The notes below the pieces were generated by a model. That model did not search any database. It was not told the DNA's origin and saw only the letters and a program-made list of their open reading frames with translations. A stretch of DNA of 64,000 nt. Origin: an uncultured Nitrososphaerota archaeon (GTDB lineage: Archaea; Thermoproteota; Nitrososphaeria; Nitrososphaerales; Gagatemarchaeaceae). This document shows, piece after piece, positions 10,149-19,897 of this stretch. Every line of letters begins with the position of its first letter. Within the stretch, counting starts at the first letter, position 1. A program made the position numbers and the translations under genes. The stretch lies in contig OY969807.1 in the NCBI GenBank assembly GCA_963703285.1, forward strand, positions 640,001 through 704,000, written 5' to 3'.

Positions 10149-10968
10149 CCCCTTCGCCGTCCACTTCCTGGACGAGTACGGCAGGATTAGCGACCGCGCC
10201 AACAAGTCTCTCAGGGAGTACCTGGGAGACCCCGGGACATCTCAGACGCACAGCCTCCGGTCGTCGGTCAGGCGGCTCGACGCGGCGATAAAGGTGCTGC
10301 CGAAGAGCACGAAGAGGGTGAAGGAGGTCAGGCGGTGCCATGAGAGGTGCAGGGCGCTCCTCAGGGGGACCTCGCGCATCAGGGACATCGACGTGCTGCA
10401 CGCCAGGCTCTCCCGACCGCCCGGCGACGAGACGGTGACGCTCGTGCTGAACAACCTGATGGAGGAGAGGGGAGAGTACGTCGGCGACTCGACCGAGGCC
10501 GCCTGGAAGCTCTTCGAGCACCATCCTCCCAAGCTCGCCAGGAGGGACCTCCCGAGGCTCGCCCGCCGGATGGAGGGCGTGCTCCGCCGGCTCGAGGAAG
10601 AGATCGGGGAGGGGCTCGAGGTCTGCCTGAAGGACGAGGCGAAGATCGACGCGCTCCACGGCGTCCGCAAGGACTGCAAGCGTCTGAGGTACACCCTCGA
10701 GCTGACGCCTCCCGGCGCGCGGAGCGCTGCGGTCCTCCCGGTGTTGCGGAGGTGGCTGGACATCCTCGGAGAGATCCGAGATTGCGACGTGACGATAGAC
10801 TACCTGAAGCGGGCCAAGCAGTCGGCGGCTGTCGGGACGATCCTGGCCCAGGAGAGAGCCCAGCGGCATGCGAAGTATCTCTCCTTCGTCCGCCTCTGCA
10901 GGGGGACGCGCCAGAACCTCGCTGCCTTCCCCCTCCGCGTGGTTGCGCTCCCGGCGCCGCTCAGGTAA
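10135..10968 (+). CDS. CHAD-domain polyphosphate-binding protein
   Basis: H.LR...RRL, RIRDIDV, LHGVRKDCKRLRYTLE, LGEIRDCDV. Confidence 0.9.
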   Translation: MKESSPFAVHFLDEYGRISDRANKSLREYLGDPGTSQTHSLRSSVRRLDAAIKVLPKSTKRVKEVRRCHERCRALLRGTSRIRDIDVLHARLSRPPGDETVTLVLNNLMEERGEYVGDSTEAAWKLFEHHPPKLARRDLPRLARRMEGVLRRLEEEIGEGLEVCLKDEAKIDALHGVRKDCKRLRYTLELTPPGARSAAVLPVLRRWLDILGEIRDCDVTIDYLKRAKQSAAVGTILAQERAQRHAKYLSFVRLCRGTRQNLAAFPLRVVALPAPLR

Positions 10969-12433
10969 GGATGGAGAGCTTGAGCACCGGACGGCCCGAA
11001 GAGACGTCGCAATCGACCGAGTAGAGGTTGGTGTACGGCTTGACCCCCTGGAACATCAGCAGGCCGTACTTCTTCGTCAGCCTGAAGTGCCAGTCGACCA
11101 TCCCGAGCACCTTCCCCAGCAGCCCGAACGTCGGCTTCGCTATGCCCAGGGTTATGTCGCCCGAGACCCTCGTCCTCGCCACCGCCTGGCCTACCTCGTT
11201 GAGCAGCCTGTCCGGGAATCTCGCATAGCTGGCCTCCAGGCTGTCGTAGCCCATGTTCCGCAGCACGGGCTGGTTCCTCGTCCTCGACTTCAGCTCCTTG
11301 TAGGCAGAATAGAAGGTCTCCGAGCTCTTTGCCAGCTCCTCCTCGTCCCCCGCCCCCTCTTGGAAGATGCTGGGCACCATGTAGGGCGGCATCCTCGAAG
11401 AAGCGCGCTTCCCCGGCTCCTGCTGCTCCTGGATGCGGACGTACTTCGAGAAAAGCTCCTTCGCGAGAAACGGGGACCAGTACCTCTTGACCTCGCTGGC
11501 AGAGACTCCTTCCGTCGGGACGACTATGACGCCCCTCTTCTGGCTGATGAAGTTCAGCGCGAGGGACCGGGTGAACAGCCTCAGCTCCTTTATCGTAACT
11601 TCGATGGCCGACTCGAGGACGGCGTAGGTACCCCTCGGGAGCCCCCCTCCCAGGACGGCATCGAGGTCCAGCGAGCCCGTCGAGATCAGGTCGCCCGAGT
11701 CGGGTATCGGAACCCACTTCTTCGCCCTCGGGGGCTCCTTCAGTTCGGTGGTCAGCACCCTGAACCCGGCGTCGATGGTGTAGATAGCCGCCCTTGTGTT
11801 GAGCTTCGTTCCGCGCATCTTCCGGATTTCCAGCTCCCTGGGCGTGGTGAGCTTCAGGTTCAGGACGCCGTCCGCGACGAACTCCTCCGCCCCGTCGGAC
11901 AGGCGCTCCTGTCCCGTCGGCTGTTCTCCGATGACTATCGTGGTGCACCCCAGGTTCCTTACTATCTTGCTTAGCACCGTGTGCAGGACCTGCCGTCCCT
12001 CGTACTGTCCGCCCATCGCCTGGGACATCGCCGAGTATGAGTCGATCACGAGCCTCTTCGTCTGGAACCTCCTGACCGCCTCGAGGATGTCCCCAGTCAC
12101 CTTCCCCATGCCGCCGCCGGTAGCGCTGAACATCTCGAGAAAGCGGAACCGCCCGTCTTTCTCGATGGGTTCGAAGTCTAGGCCTACCGTGCGCATGTTC
12201 TCCATGAAACTCCGCCTCCCCTCCGCGAACGACACGTAGATGCCGTTCTCCTTGTCGACCACGGCACCGTGAAAGAGGAACTCGGCCGAGAGTATCGTCT
12301 TGCCGGTCCCCGGGTTCCCTGAGATCAGGATGAGGCTGCCCCTGGGGAAGCCACCGCTCAGGAAGTAGTCCAGCTTCGAGTTGCCCGTGGACGCACGGGC
12401 GATCCCGCCGTCACTGCCTTCAGCCGGTCCCAT
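10961..12433 (-). CDS. KaiC/RAD55-family two-domain ATPase (GvpD-like C-terminal half)
   Basis: STGNSKLD...GGFPRG, GNPGTGKT, LVIDS, IRKMRG; the second domain begins STGSLDLDAVLGGG and has a degenerate P-loop. Confidence 0.88.
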   Translation of the reverse strand: MGPAEGSDGGIARASTGNSKLDYFLSGGFPRGSLILISGNPGTGKTILSAEFLFHGAVVDKENGIYVSFAEGRRSFMENMRTVGLDFEPIEKDGRFRFLEMFSATGGGMGKVTGDILEAVRRFQTKRLVIDSYSAMSQAMGGQYEGRQVLHTVLSKIVRNLGCTTIVIGEQPTGQERLSDGAEEFVADGVLNLKLTTPRELEIRKMRGTKLNTRAAIYTIDAGFRVLTTELKEPPRAKKWVPIPDSGDLISTGSLDLDAVLGGGLPRGTYAVLESAIEVTIKELRLFTRSLALNFISQKRGVIVVPTEGVSASEVKRYWSPFLAKELFSKYVRIQEQQEPGKRASSRMPPYMVPSIFQEGAGDEEELAKSSETFYSAYKELKSRTRNQPVLRNMGYDSLEASYARFPDRLLNEVGQAVARTRVSGDITLGIAKPTFGLLGKVLGMVDWHFRLTKKYGLLMFQGVKPYTNLYSVDCDVSSGRPVLKLSILT

Positions 12434-12574
12434 CGAGAACGTTCTGCGCAGAATCACTATTTAACATGTCGAACGCATCGCAGGGAACTCGCGCCGACAA
12501 TCCGCGGGAGCCGCACAGCAAGCGGTCGATGCGGCATCAACCGTTATATCTGGCCGGTCGAGGAGCCCGGGTCC

Positions 12575-12769
12575 ATGCCTCGAGAGATCCTCAGCAAGGA
12601 GGAGTTCCAGAGACTTCTCCCGTCGGCCACAGAGATCAGGGTGGTCAGGAAGGGCGACTCGACCAAGGTCAAGCTGAGGACGGCCAGCCACCTCTACACC
12701 TACAAGACGACCGAGGACGAGGTGGATGCGCTCACGAAGGGGTCGAAGACGCCCGTCGTCGAGTTCTAG
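12575..12769 (+). CDS. rpl38e: 50S ribosomal protein eL38
   Basis: MPREI....EF, KVKLRT..HLYT, 64 aa. Confidence 0.85.
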   Translation: MPREILSKEEFQRLLPSATEIRVVRKGDSTKVKLRTASHLYTYKTTEDEVDALTKGSKTPVVEF

Positions 12770-13602
12770 ACGAATATCAAGACCAGGAGGGTGCCCAACC
12801 CGAGGGCCATCGGGATCGGGAGACCGGGGAGCAGCTTCGACTTGGAGAGCAGGTAGAGTGTGATCACCACGCCGACGTCGACGGCGACGAGCGTGTAGAC
12901 AGCGTAGTAGAGGCTGAACTGGAAGAAGGCGAGCGCAGGAAGCATGGAGTAGAATATCGTGTCCCCCGTCCCGATCGAGAACTCGCCGAGCTGGGAGGTC
13001 ACGGCGGTCATCACCTCGTTGGGTGCTACCTTGACGAGCTGTTTCAGCGGGCCAGCGAAGACCGCGTAGAGGTCGTAGATCGAGAAGACCAGGGGCAGGA
13101 TGAGAGCGGTGTAGAGGGGGATGGCGGAGGCGAAGTAGCTCCCGACCTCCGCCGAGAGCAGGCCGGTGACCACGGGGGCGAGTATCAGCATGCTCTTCAT
13201 CCGGACGCTGAGCGCGAACATTGCCACCGCCCCGACCGAGACGGCGGCCGAGAGGACTAGCGACGGGGTGGAGGGCATGTAGTTCGCCGTCGCGTCCACA
13301 GCCGTCAGGAACGTCAGGAGGAAGAGCGCCAGGGAGGTGCCGAAGTAGACTATCGACGTGAAGACCCTCGTCTTCCGGTTCCTGATCAGCCAGACCGCGA
13401 CTATTGTCGTCGCGAAGACGGCCAGGACGAGGATCAGCGCGTTCGAGAGGGACCCGAAGGACGATGTCCCCGCGGGAGCGTAGGAGCCTCCGACCTCGCC
13501 GGCGATGGGCATGTTCAGGTACGTGATGAAGAGGGCGGCGACCTGGACCACCACGATGAAGCCCAAGGTCAGGGCTATGCCCCTGGAGTTGACGGTCGCC
13601 AT
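12766..13602 (-). CDS. presenilin/signal-peptide-peptidase family intramembrane aspartyl protease
   Basis: YD..AVF, IGTGD and LPGLP motifs; about 9 TM segments. Confidence 0.88.
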   Translation of the reverse strand: MATVNSRGIALTLGFIVVVQVAALFITYLNMPIAGEVGGSYAPAGTSSFGSLSNALILVLAVFATTIVAVWLIRNRKTRVFTSIVYFGTSLALFLLTFLTAVDATANYMPSTPSLVLSAAVSVGAVAMFALSVRMKSMLILAPVVTGLLSAEVGSYFASAIPLYTALILPLVFSIYDLYAVFAGPLKQLVKVAPNEVMTAVTSQLGEFSIGTGDTIFYSMLPALAFFQFSLYYAVYTLVAVDVGVVITLYLLSKSKLLPGLPIPMALGLGTLLVLIFV

Positions 13603-13625
13603 GTCCGAATCCGGACCCAGGGAGG

Positions 13626-14885
13626 TTACACCGTGTATATCTCGCTAGCCTTCGGCGCCACGGTCTCCACGCCGAGCTCGCTGTGCAGCTCCGTGGCGAG
13701 CTGCACGCAGGACTCCTCCTCTCCGTGGACCGTCATGAACTTCGGCGACCCGCCTATGCCCCTCAGATCCGACAAAAGGGTGGACCTCCCGCTGTGCGAG
13801 GAGAAGTCGAACTTCCTGACCTCGGCCCTCACCTTCGTCGGCTTGCCGTTGATCAGCGTCAGCCCGCGGTCGAGGAGCGTCCGGCCCGGCGTGCCGGGTA
13901 CCTGGAAGCTCACGAGCGAGATGCCGTTCTTCTCCTTCTGCGAGAGGTGCTCGTTGTAGTAGATCGAGGCGCCCCCGACGAGCATGCCCGCCGGCGAGAT
14001 GATGACCCCCGGCTTCCGGATGAAGTTCTTCCTCTGGGACCAGCCCGTGATCTGCTCGAGGTTCTCCATCGTCCGGCGGAATAGGGCCGCGTCGCGGATG
14101 TACTCCTGATACCGCATGATGATCTCGTTGACCTTGAGGGCCATCCCGTCCATCGCGATCGGGTGCTTGAACCCGTGGCGGTACAGCGTCATGGCGAGCT
14201 CCTGCGCCCTCCCCACCGAGAAGGCGGGCGCCAGAAGGACGCCTCCCCTCTCGACGACCTCGTTGGCGTAGTCGACGAACTCCCTCTCTACCTTCTGCCT
14301 CTCGGGGTGTTCAGCCGTCGCGTAGGTGCTCTCCGTGATCACCATGTCGGCCTCGCCGAGGGACTTGAAGGACGGATTGAGCAACTCTGTCTCGGCGCCG
14401 TTGATGTCACCTGTGTAGATCAGCCTCTTGGAGCCGGCCTCCACCGCGGTGATGCAGGACCCGGGAATGTGCCCGGCGTCGTAGAACGTCACCGTCATCT
14501 CCCCTATCTGGAAGCTCTCCTTGTAGTGGTGGTTGACGGTGCTCTTCTCCATGGCGAGGAGGTCTAGGTACTCGAACGGGAGGTACGGGCCCGAGATCTT
14601 GATGAAGTCGTTGACGAGGAGACTCGAGAGCTCCGACGTGACAGGTGTCGCGTGCATCTTCACCTTGTCACCGCCGATGAAGAACATCGGCGCCGCACCG
14701 CTGTGGTCAAGGTGGGCGTGGCTGAGGACCAGGCCATCGACGCTCTTCGGCTGCACGTGGACCGGGAAGCCCGGTTCCTTCGTCGTCATAGCGCCGTAGT
14801 CGAGCAGGATGTTCGTGTTGCCGTGCGATATCAAGAAGCCCGACCGTCCGACCTGGCGGGCCGCTCCTAGGACTTTAACTTGCAT
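13626..14885 (-). CDS. beta-CASP metallo-beta-lactamase ribonuclease (aCPSF2-like)
   Basis: LGAARQVGRS, SHAHLDHSG, AGHIPGS, YTGD, ESTY, FSSH, VHGE; no KH domains. Confidence 0.92.
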   Translation of the reverse strand: MQVKVLGAARQVGRSGFLISHGNTNILLDYGAMTTKEPGFPVHVQPKSVDGLVLSHAHLDHSGAAPMFFIGGDKVKMHATPVTSELSSLLVNDFIKISGPYLPFEYLDLLAMEKSTVNHHYKESFQIGEMTVTFYDAGHIPGSCITAVEAGSKRLIYTGDINGAETELLNPSFKSLGEADMVITESTYATAEHPERQKVEREFVDYANEVVERGGVLLAPAFSVGRAQELAMTLYRHGFKHPIAMDGMALKVNEIIMRYQEYIRDAALFRRTMENLEQITGWSQRKNFIRKPGVIISPAGMLVGGASIYYNEHLSQKEKNGISLVSFQVPGTPGRTLLDRGLTLINGKPTKVRAEVRKFDFSSHSGRSTLLSDLRGIGGSPKFMTVHGEEESCVQLATELHSELGVETVAPKASEIYTV

Positions 14886-15042
14886 AACTCTAAGCTTGGA
14901 TTTCGGGCCCGACGGCCATTCTTTAAGTGTTTAGCGGCATCTTTCTGACCGGGAATTATGGTATGAATTCGGAGAATGTTTGCGCGCTGAGAATAGAACT
15001 GGCAATAATGAATATATACGAAATGCCGCGCTCGGCCCCCGG

Positions 15043-16626
15043 ATGTCTGAGCAACCCAGGACCGTGTTCGCCCGCGAGGCCACCGGCCTCGTGCGAGCCC
15101 TCGGAGCCAGGGACATCTTTGTCTGGACCATCGTGTTCTTTCCCTTCTTCTCATCGTGGGTGGGGAACTTCTGGTACACGCCGAGCCTCGTCGACCACGT
15201 GAACTACTACATCTCTCTGGGCCTCTGGGTCGTCCTCTTCTGCCTGATCCCTCCATTCGTCTGGTGGATGCTCACCGCCGTGATGCCCAGGACCGGCGGC
15301 GACTACGTCTTCGCGTCCAGGGGTCTGCATCCCTCGCTCGGCTTCGCGGCGAGCCTCGGGATAACCTTCTCCGTCGGCCTCACGGCCGTTGGGTCGGCTC
15401 CCCTCTTCGCCCTCGCCCTAGGTTCCGCGCAGTTTGCGACGGCGGGGCAGGTCGCGAGCAACTCCGCGGCGACGAACCTGGGGGGCTTCCTAAACCCGTT
15501 CGTCACCGGGTCTGCCGAGAGCACGGTCTGGGTCCTCGGCATCATCATTCTCGCCTTCGGCGCAATCTTCGCCGCAGTCGGCACGCGCTTCTTCAACAAG
15601 GTGATGTGGGTGATATTCGCGGTCGGCCTGCTCGGACTCGCGATCGAACTTCCCATCCTTCTCACGACATCGAAGGCCGCCTTTGACGCCGGGTTCGCCA
15701 CCTACAACACGGGCGGAGTCTCGGCCGTCTTCGCGACCGCAGCGGGCGACCATTACATCACGGGAACGACCCTGGTCGCGTCCGTCGCCGCCGTCCCGCT
15801 GCTGTTCATCAACTTCGGCCCCTACTACCTGATGTACAACGTCGCCGGAGAGGTGAAGAACGCGAGGAACAGCTTCCTCTATGGCGCGTGGGGTGCCATC
15901 CTGCTCTCGGCAGCGATCGCCTTCCTGCTGACGTTCCTGCTGGACCGCGTGGTGGGCCTGGACTTCGTCGAGGCCTACACGGTAGCGAACAACTACTCCG
16001 CGCCGGTGGTGAGCGCGTTGCTAGCCTACGCCGTCCCGAACCTCACCGTCAACGTCCTCCTGGCGATTGTGCTGCTAGTCTCAAACATAGGCTTCGGGTT
16101 CCTGGGGTTCATGTTCCTGAGCAGGCCGATGCTCGCCTGGTCCTTCGACAGGATTCTCCCATCGAAGCTGTCCCTGGTCAACAGCAGGTTCGCCTCTCCG
16201 GTGGTGGCCATTGCGGTCACGCTCGTTCTCGCCGCCAGCGGCTGGACGCTCGAGCTCTACACGACCTACGCCGGCGTGATCCTCGACAGCCTCCTGATCA
16301 AGTTCGTCGGGTGGGGCATAGTCAGCGTCGCGGCCATGGCTATACCCTTCAGGCAGAAGAAGCTCTTCGAAGACTCGGGCGTGAACTTCAAGATCGGCGG
16401 ACTCCCCGTCCTGACCCTGGCCGGCTTCGCCTCGTTCCTCGTCTTCGGCTACTTCGTTGTGAACTCCGTCACCACGAAGGTCTTCTACACCCCGACCACG
16501 GACCAGGGCGCCTTCCTGATAATCCTCTTCGGCGGTGCGATAATCTACTACTTCCTGGCGAAGTTCTATCGCAGGTCCCAGGGAATCGACCTCTCGATGG
16601 CTTTCAAGGAACTCCCTCCGGAGTAG
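15043..16626 (+). CDS. APC-family amino acid permease
   Basis: FAREATGLVR, MPRTGGDYVF..R, AGEVKN, SR...AWSFDRILP, FKELPPE. Confidence 0.92.
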   Translation: MSEQPRTVFAREATGLVRALGARDIFVWTIVFFPFFSSWVGNFWYTPSLVDHVNYYISLGLWVVLFCLIPPFVWWMLTAVMPRTGGDYVFASRGLHPSLGFAASLGITFSVGLTAVGSAPLFALALGSAQFATAGQVASNSAATNLGGFLNPFVTGSAESTVWVLGIIILAFGAIFAAVGTRFFNKVMWVIFAVGLLGLAIELPILLTTSKAAFDAGFATYNTGGVSAVFATAAGDHYITGTTLVASVAAVPLLFINFGPYYLMYNVAGEVKNARNSFLYGAWGAILLSAAIAFLLTFLLDRVVGLDFVEAYTVANNYSAPVVSALLAYAVPNLTVNVLLAIVLLVSNIGFGFLGFMFLSRPMLAWSFDRILPSKLSLVNSRFASPVVAIAVTLVLAASGWTLELYTTYAGVILDSLLIKFVGWGIVSVAAMAIPFRQKKLFEDSGVNFKIGGLPVLTLAGFASFLVFGYFVVNSVTTKVFYTPTTDQGAFLIILFGGAIIYYFLAKFYRRSQGIDLSMAFKELPPE

Positions 16627-16673
16627 CCTCCGGGAGAGGCACAAGGGTCCCGCGGAGGACGGCTCGCCGGTCT

Positions 16674-17501
16674 TCAGGCTTGTGAGAGACTTCTGTTCAG
16701 GAATGCAAGGGAACGCGTCCAGGCCTCCTTCGCGGCCCCTTCTCTATACGTCCCGGGGTTCGTGTCGTTGAAGAAAGCGTGGGGCGCGCCTGGGTATATC
16801 TTCATCTCGAAGTCCTTCTTGTATTTGACCATCGCCGCGACCAACTGGTCCAGCGTCGCGTTCAGGCCGGCATCCTCGCCCCCGTAGTTGCCGAGGAACG
16901 GGCAGTTCATCTTCTCGACGAGCTCTATTGGGTTGGGGTTCTGGCCGTAGAAGACCACGCACGCCTGGGTCTTCCCGGTGCAGGCCAGCCTCGCCGACAT
17001 GCCTCCGCCGAAGCAGAAGCCGACGCTGCCCACCTTCGAGGCGTTGACGAAAGGCTGCGCTGCGAGGTAGGCGTGGGCCGACGAGAGCTCGTCGACGAAC
17101 CTCGCGTAGGGAAGCGCTCCCCCGAAAGCCACGGCGAAGAACTTGCCCACGGCCATCCTGTCGGCCTCCGGGAGCTTCGCTAGCTCTTCCTGCTGGTAAG
17201 CCTGGTCCCTCATCCTCCCCGGCTGGAGCGTCCTCATGAACGCCCTCACCGCGGTGAGGTTGGCGGGCGCGAAGGTTGGGGCCAGTTGCGGGTCGGACCC
17301 CATGAGATTGGGGGCGGCCACTGAGAAGCCCTCGTTCGCGAACCTGTCGGCGACCGACTCGATGTGGGGGTTGAGCCCCCATATCTCGTGTATGAGAACG
17401 AGGCCGGGGTGCATCCCTTCGTCCGAAGGGGTCGAGAGGTAGGCGTTCACCGGATGGGACGGCCCCGGGAAGCTCACCCTGGACCTTTTGAGGTCTGTCA
17501 T
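16674..17501 (-). CDS. dienelactone hydrolase family protein
   Basis: HEIWGL, GFCFGG, YPGAPHAFFND. Confidence 0.92.
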   Translation of the reverse strand: MTDLKRSRVSFPGPSHPVNAYLSTPSDEGMHPGLVLIHEIWGLNPHIESVADRFANEGFSVAAPNLMGSDPQLAPTFAPANLTAVRAFMRTLQPGRMRDQAYQQEELAKLPEADRMAVGKFFAVAFGGALPYARFVDELSSAHAYLAAQPFVNASKVGSVGFCFGGGMSARLACTGKTQACVVFYGQNPNPIELVEKMNCPFLGNYGGEDAGLNATLDQLVAAMVKYKKDFEMKIYPGAPHAFFNDTNPGTYREGAAKEAWTRSLAFLNRSLSQA

Positions 17502-17607
17502 GATTCACGATTGGGGGCTCTTCCCTTAATCAGTCTTTTCGCGGCCTTTAGGGGGAGGCGACAACAGATGACTTTAAGGAGAGGCTCTCCAAAGCGGCAG
17601 AGCCCAT

Positions 17608-18318
17608 TTGTCGTCGATTAAGATAATACCCGAAGGTAGGGGCCTGAAGTCCAAGACGCTGATAGCGGGGTTCCACGGGATAGGCGCCACGGGTTACTGG
17701 TCGGTCAAGTTCCTGATAGAGGAGCTGAAGGCGAAGAGGTCGTTCTACATCGACTCGGAGTTCGCGCCCGCGGTCTCGTCCACGATTGACGGCATGATAT
17801 CCACCCCCTACGAGCTGTTCGTCTCCGAGGACCTCGCGCTCCTGAAGGCCGACGTCCCGCCGCTCAGGGAGAACGAGAACAAGTTCTTCAGAGAGCTCGG
17901 ACACTGGATAGTGCAGTCCGGGGTCCACGAGGTCGCGCTCATAGGCGGTCTGGACGAATCCCTCCGGACCGACGACTCCAAGTACAGGATCGTGCTCACC
18001 GACGCCATGGCCAAGCTCGGGGAGCTCAAGGGCGAGCCCGTCCTCGAGGAGGGCAGGATGATCGTCGGGCCCGTGGCCGTACTACTCAACACGCTCCAGA
18101 TGTACAACATCGCGGCCTACGCGCTCCTCGCCTACTCCAACACGGAGCGGGTGGACCCCAGAGCCTCCGCAACGGCGGTGGAGTTCCTATCGCGGCGCTA
18201 CGGTTTCAAGATCAGCACTGCGCCTCTGATCAAGGGCGCGGAGGAACTCGAGCGGGAGATGCTGGGGCTGGCCCAGAAGGACAAGGAGAGGGGCCCGTCC
18301 AGCGCCATCTACTCATAG
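17608..18318 (+). CDS. PAC2-family proteasome assembly chaperone
   Basis: LIAGFHGIGATG, IGGLD, IVGP.A.LL, DPRA. Confidence 0.88.
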   Translation: MSSIKIIPEGRGLKSKTLIAGFHGIGATGYWSVKFLIEELKAKRSFYIDSEFAPAVSSTIDGMISTPYELFVSEDLALLKADVPPLRENENKFFRELGHWIVQSGVHEVALIGGLDESLRTDDSKYRIVLTDAMAKLGELKGEPVLEEGRMIVGPVAVLLNTLQMYNIAAYALLAYSNTERVDPRASATAVEFLSRRYGFKISTAPLIKGAEELEREMLGLAQKDKERGPSSAIYS

Positions 18319-19787
18319 CCGCTGGATCCGTCGGCCTCTGCCGGGACCTTGCCGTGCACGGTTACGGTGGAGTACCCCATCTTCCTGAGCCGCGCAACCG
18401 CGTCGCGCACGTCCCTTCTGCTGACCGCGGCGTCCGTCACGGTCTGCGTGAAAGGATAGACGAACTCCAGCTCTGCCGGGTAGGGACCGAGCAATCTGTG
18501 CAGCTTGTAGATGTCATGGCTCGAGCCCTTCCCGGCTTCCATCAGCCGACGCGGGAGGGCGGTCCTGGAGAGCGGCCTCTCGGCATCGGAGACCAGCAGA
18601 ACCGCGCCCATCGACCTCCGCTTCATGACGGCCGAAAGGGCGGCCTTCGCCGTAGAAAGCTCAGGACGGGACTCGTCTACACGGCTCCTAACGAGGAGGC
18701 CACGCTCCTTGAGGTAGGGAGTTCCTTTGGCGAGCCAGTCTCCGTTCTTGGCCATCTCCCTGAACGCTGACATCACCCTCGGATGGGAGGCGGCCCTCTC
18801 CTCGACCAGGTCCCAGAGCCTTCCCTCGGAGATAGCCTCCCTGCAGCGCAGCACGTCCTGACGCAGGAGGTAGAGGTTGTGCAGGGAGAGCTTCTTCACG
18901 CGCTCCTTCCGCTCCATCTGGACGAGATCGTTCTTCGTCGTCGAGTTGCAGACGGGGCAGCTGCAAGGAAGGTGGCTCATCTCCTCGAGGATGAGCGTGC
19001 CTCTCTCCGTCATGTACCTCCCCTGCCTCGCGAAGAGCACGTAGCTCGCAGAATCGAAGGTGTCGCACCCCAGCGCGACGGAGAGGGGGAGCGTGAGCGG
19101 GTGCCCCGCACCGAACAAGTGGAGGGGCATCGAATACGGCATCTCCTTCTTCGCGGCGACTATCATGCGGACCAGCTCTGCGAAGAGATAGTTCTCCATC
19201 AGCTCCACGGGACTACCCAGCGCGAGCATCTCGAACCCCGCCGAGAGCAGTCCCTTCGTAGAACGCCTGACTAGTTCGTCGAAGATCCCGCCCTGTATGG
19301 GACCGACCCAGGTCGTCGTGGAACCCCCGAAGGCTCTGATCGTCTCCCGCGCACCCTTCATGCTGACGCGCACGGACTCCGACGCGCTCTTCTCGGAGCG
19401 CGTGTATCCCGTCGGCTCGTCGAGGGTGACCGCGAGGTCGGAGCCGATGTCGGATTGGAACTGAGCTATCGTCCGCGGCGTAATGTCGAGCTTCCCGTAC
19501 AGCAGCGCCTGGTAGCCTCCGGAGTCGGTCATCAGGGCGCCGTCCCAGCCGAGCATGCCGTGCAGCCCCTTCTCGAGAGCCTCCTCCCTCCTTCTCTTGT
19601 GGATGATGAAGGAGTTGGTCATCAGCGCGTTGAAACCCATCTCCCGGAACTGGACGAGGGGGATGTCCTGGACGACCGGATGGATGACAGGGATGAGGCA
19701 GGGAGTCTCTATCCTGTGGGACCCGACCGCGATGACGCCGTTCCTCCCCATCAGGTCGGTCTCCCTCACCTCGAATGAGATGGTCAT
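18309..19787 (-). CDS. tgtA: archaeosine tRNA-guanine(15) transglycosylase
   Basis: ETP..IPVIHP, MTDSGGYQ, GPIQGG, HLFGAGHP, CDTFDSASY, CSCPVC, HNL. Confidence 0.95.
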   Translation of the reverse strand: MTISFEVRETDLMGRNGVIAVGSHRIETPCLIPVIHPVVQDIPLVQFREMGFNALMTNSFIIHKRRREEALEKGLHGMLGWDGALMTDSGGYQALLYGKLDITPRTIAQFQSDIGSDLAVTLDEPTGYTRSEKSASESVRVSMKGARETIRAFGGSTTTWVGPIQGGIFDELVRRSTKGLLSAGFEMLALGSPVELMENYLFAELVRMIVAAKKEMPYSMPLHLFGAGHPLTLPLSVALGCDTFDSASYVLFARQGRYMTERGTLILEEMSHLPCSCPVCNSTTKNDLVQMERKERVKKLSLHNLYLLRQDVLRCREAISEGRLWDLVEERAASHPRVMSAFREMAKNGDWLAKGTPYLKERGLLVRSRVDESRPELSTAKAALSAVMKRRSMGAVLLVSDAERPLSRTALPRRLMEAGKGSSHDIYKLHRLLGPYPAELEFVYPFTQTVTDAAVSRRDVRDAVARLRKMGYSTVTVHGKVPAEADGSSGYE

Positions 19788-19897
19788 CTGGAGCCGGGGC
19801 TGGTCGCGATTCGGCTAATAAGATAGCATTCCGGTCCAGGGTGTCTTTCGGCCTTCCTCGGCAGGTCCGTCCTGTCCGAGTCTTGACGTTCCCTGTG

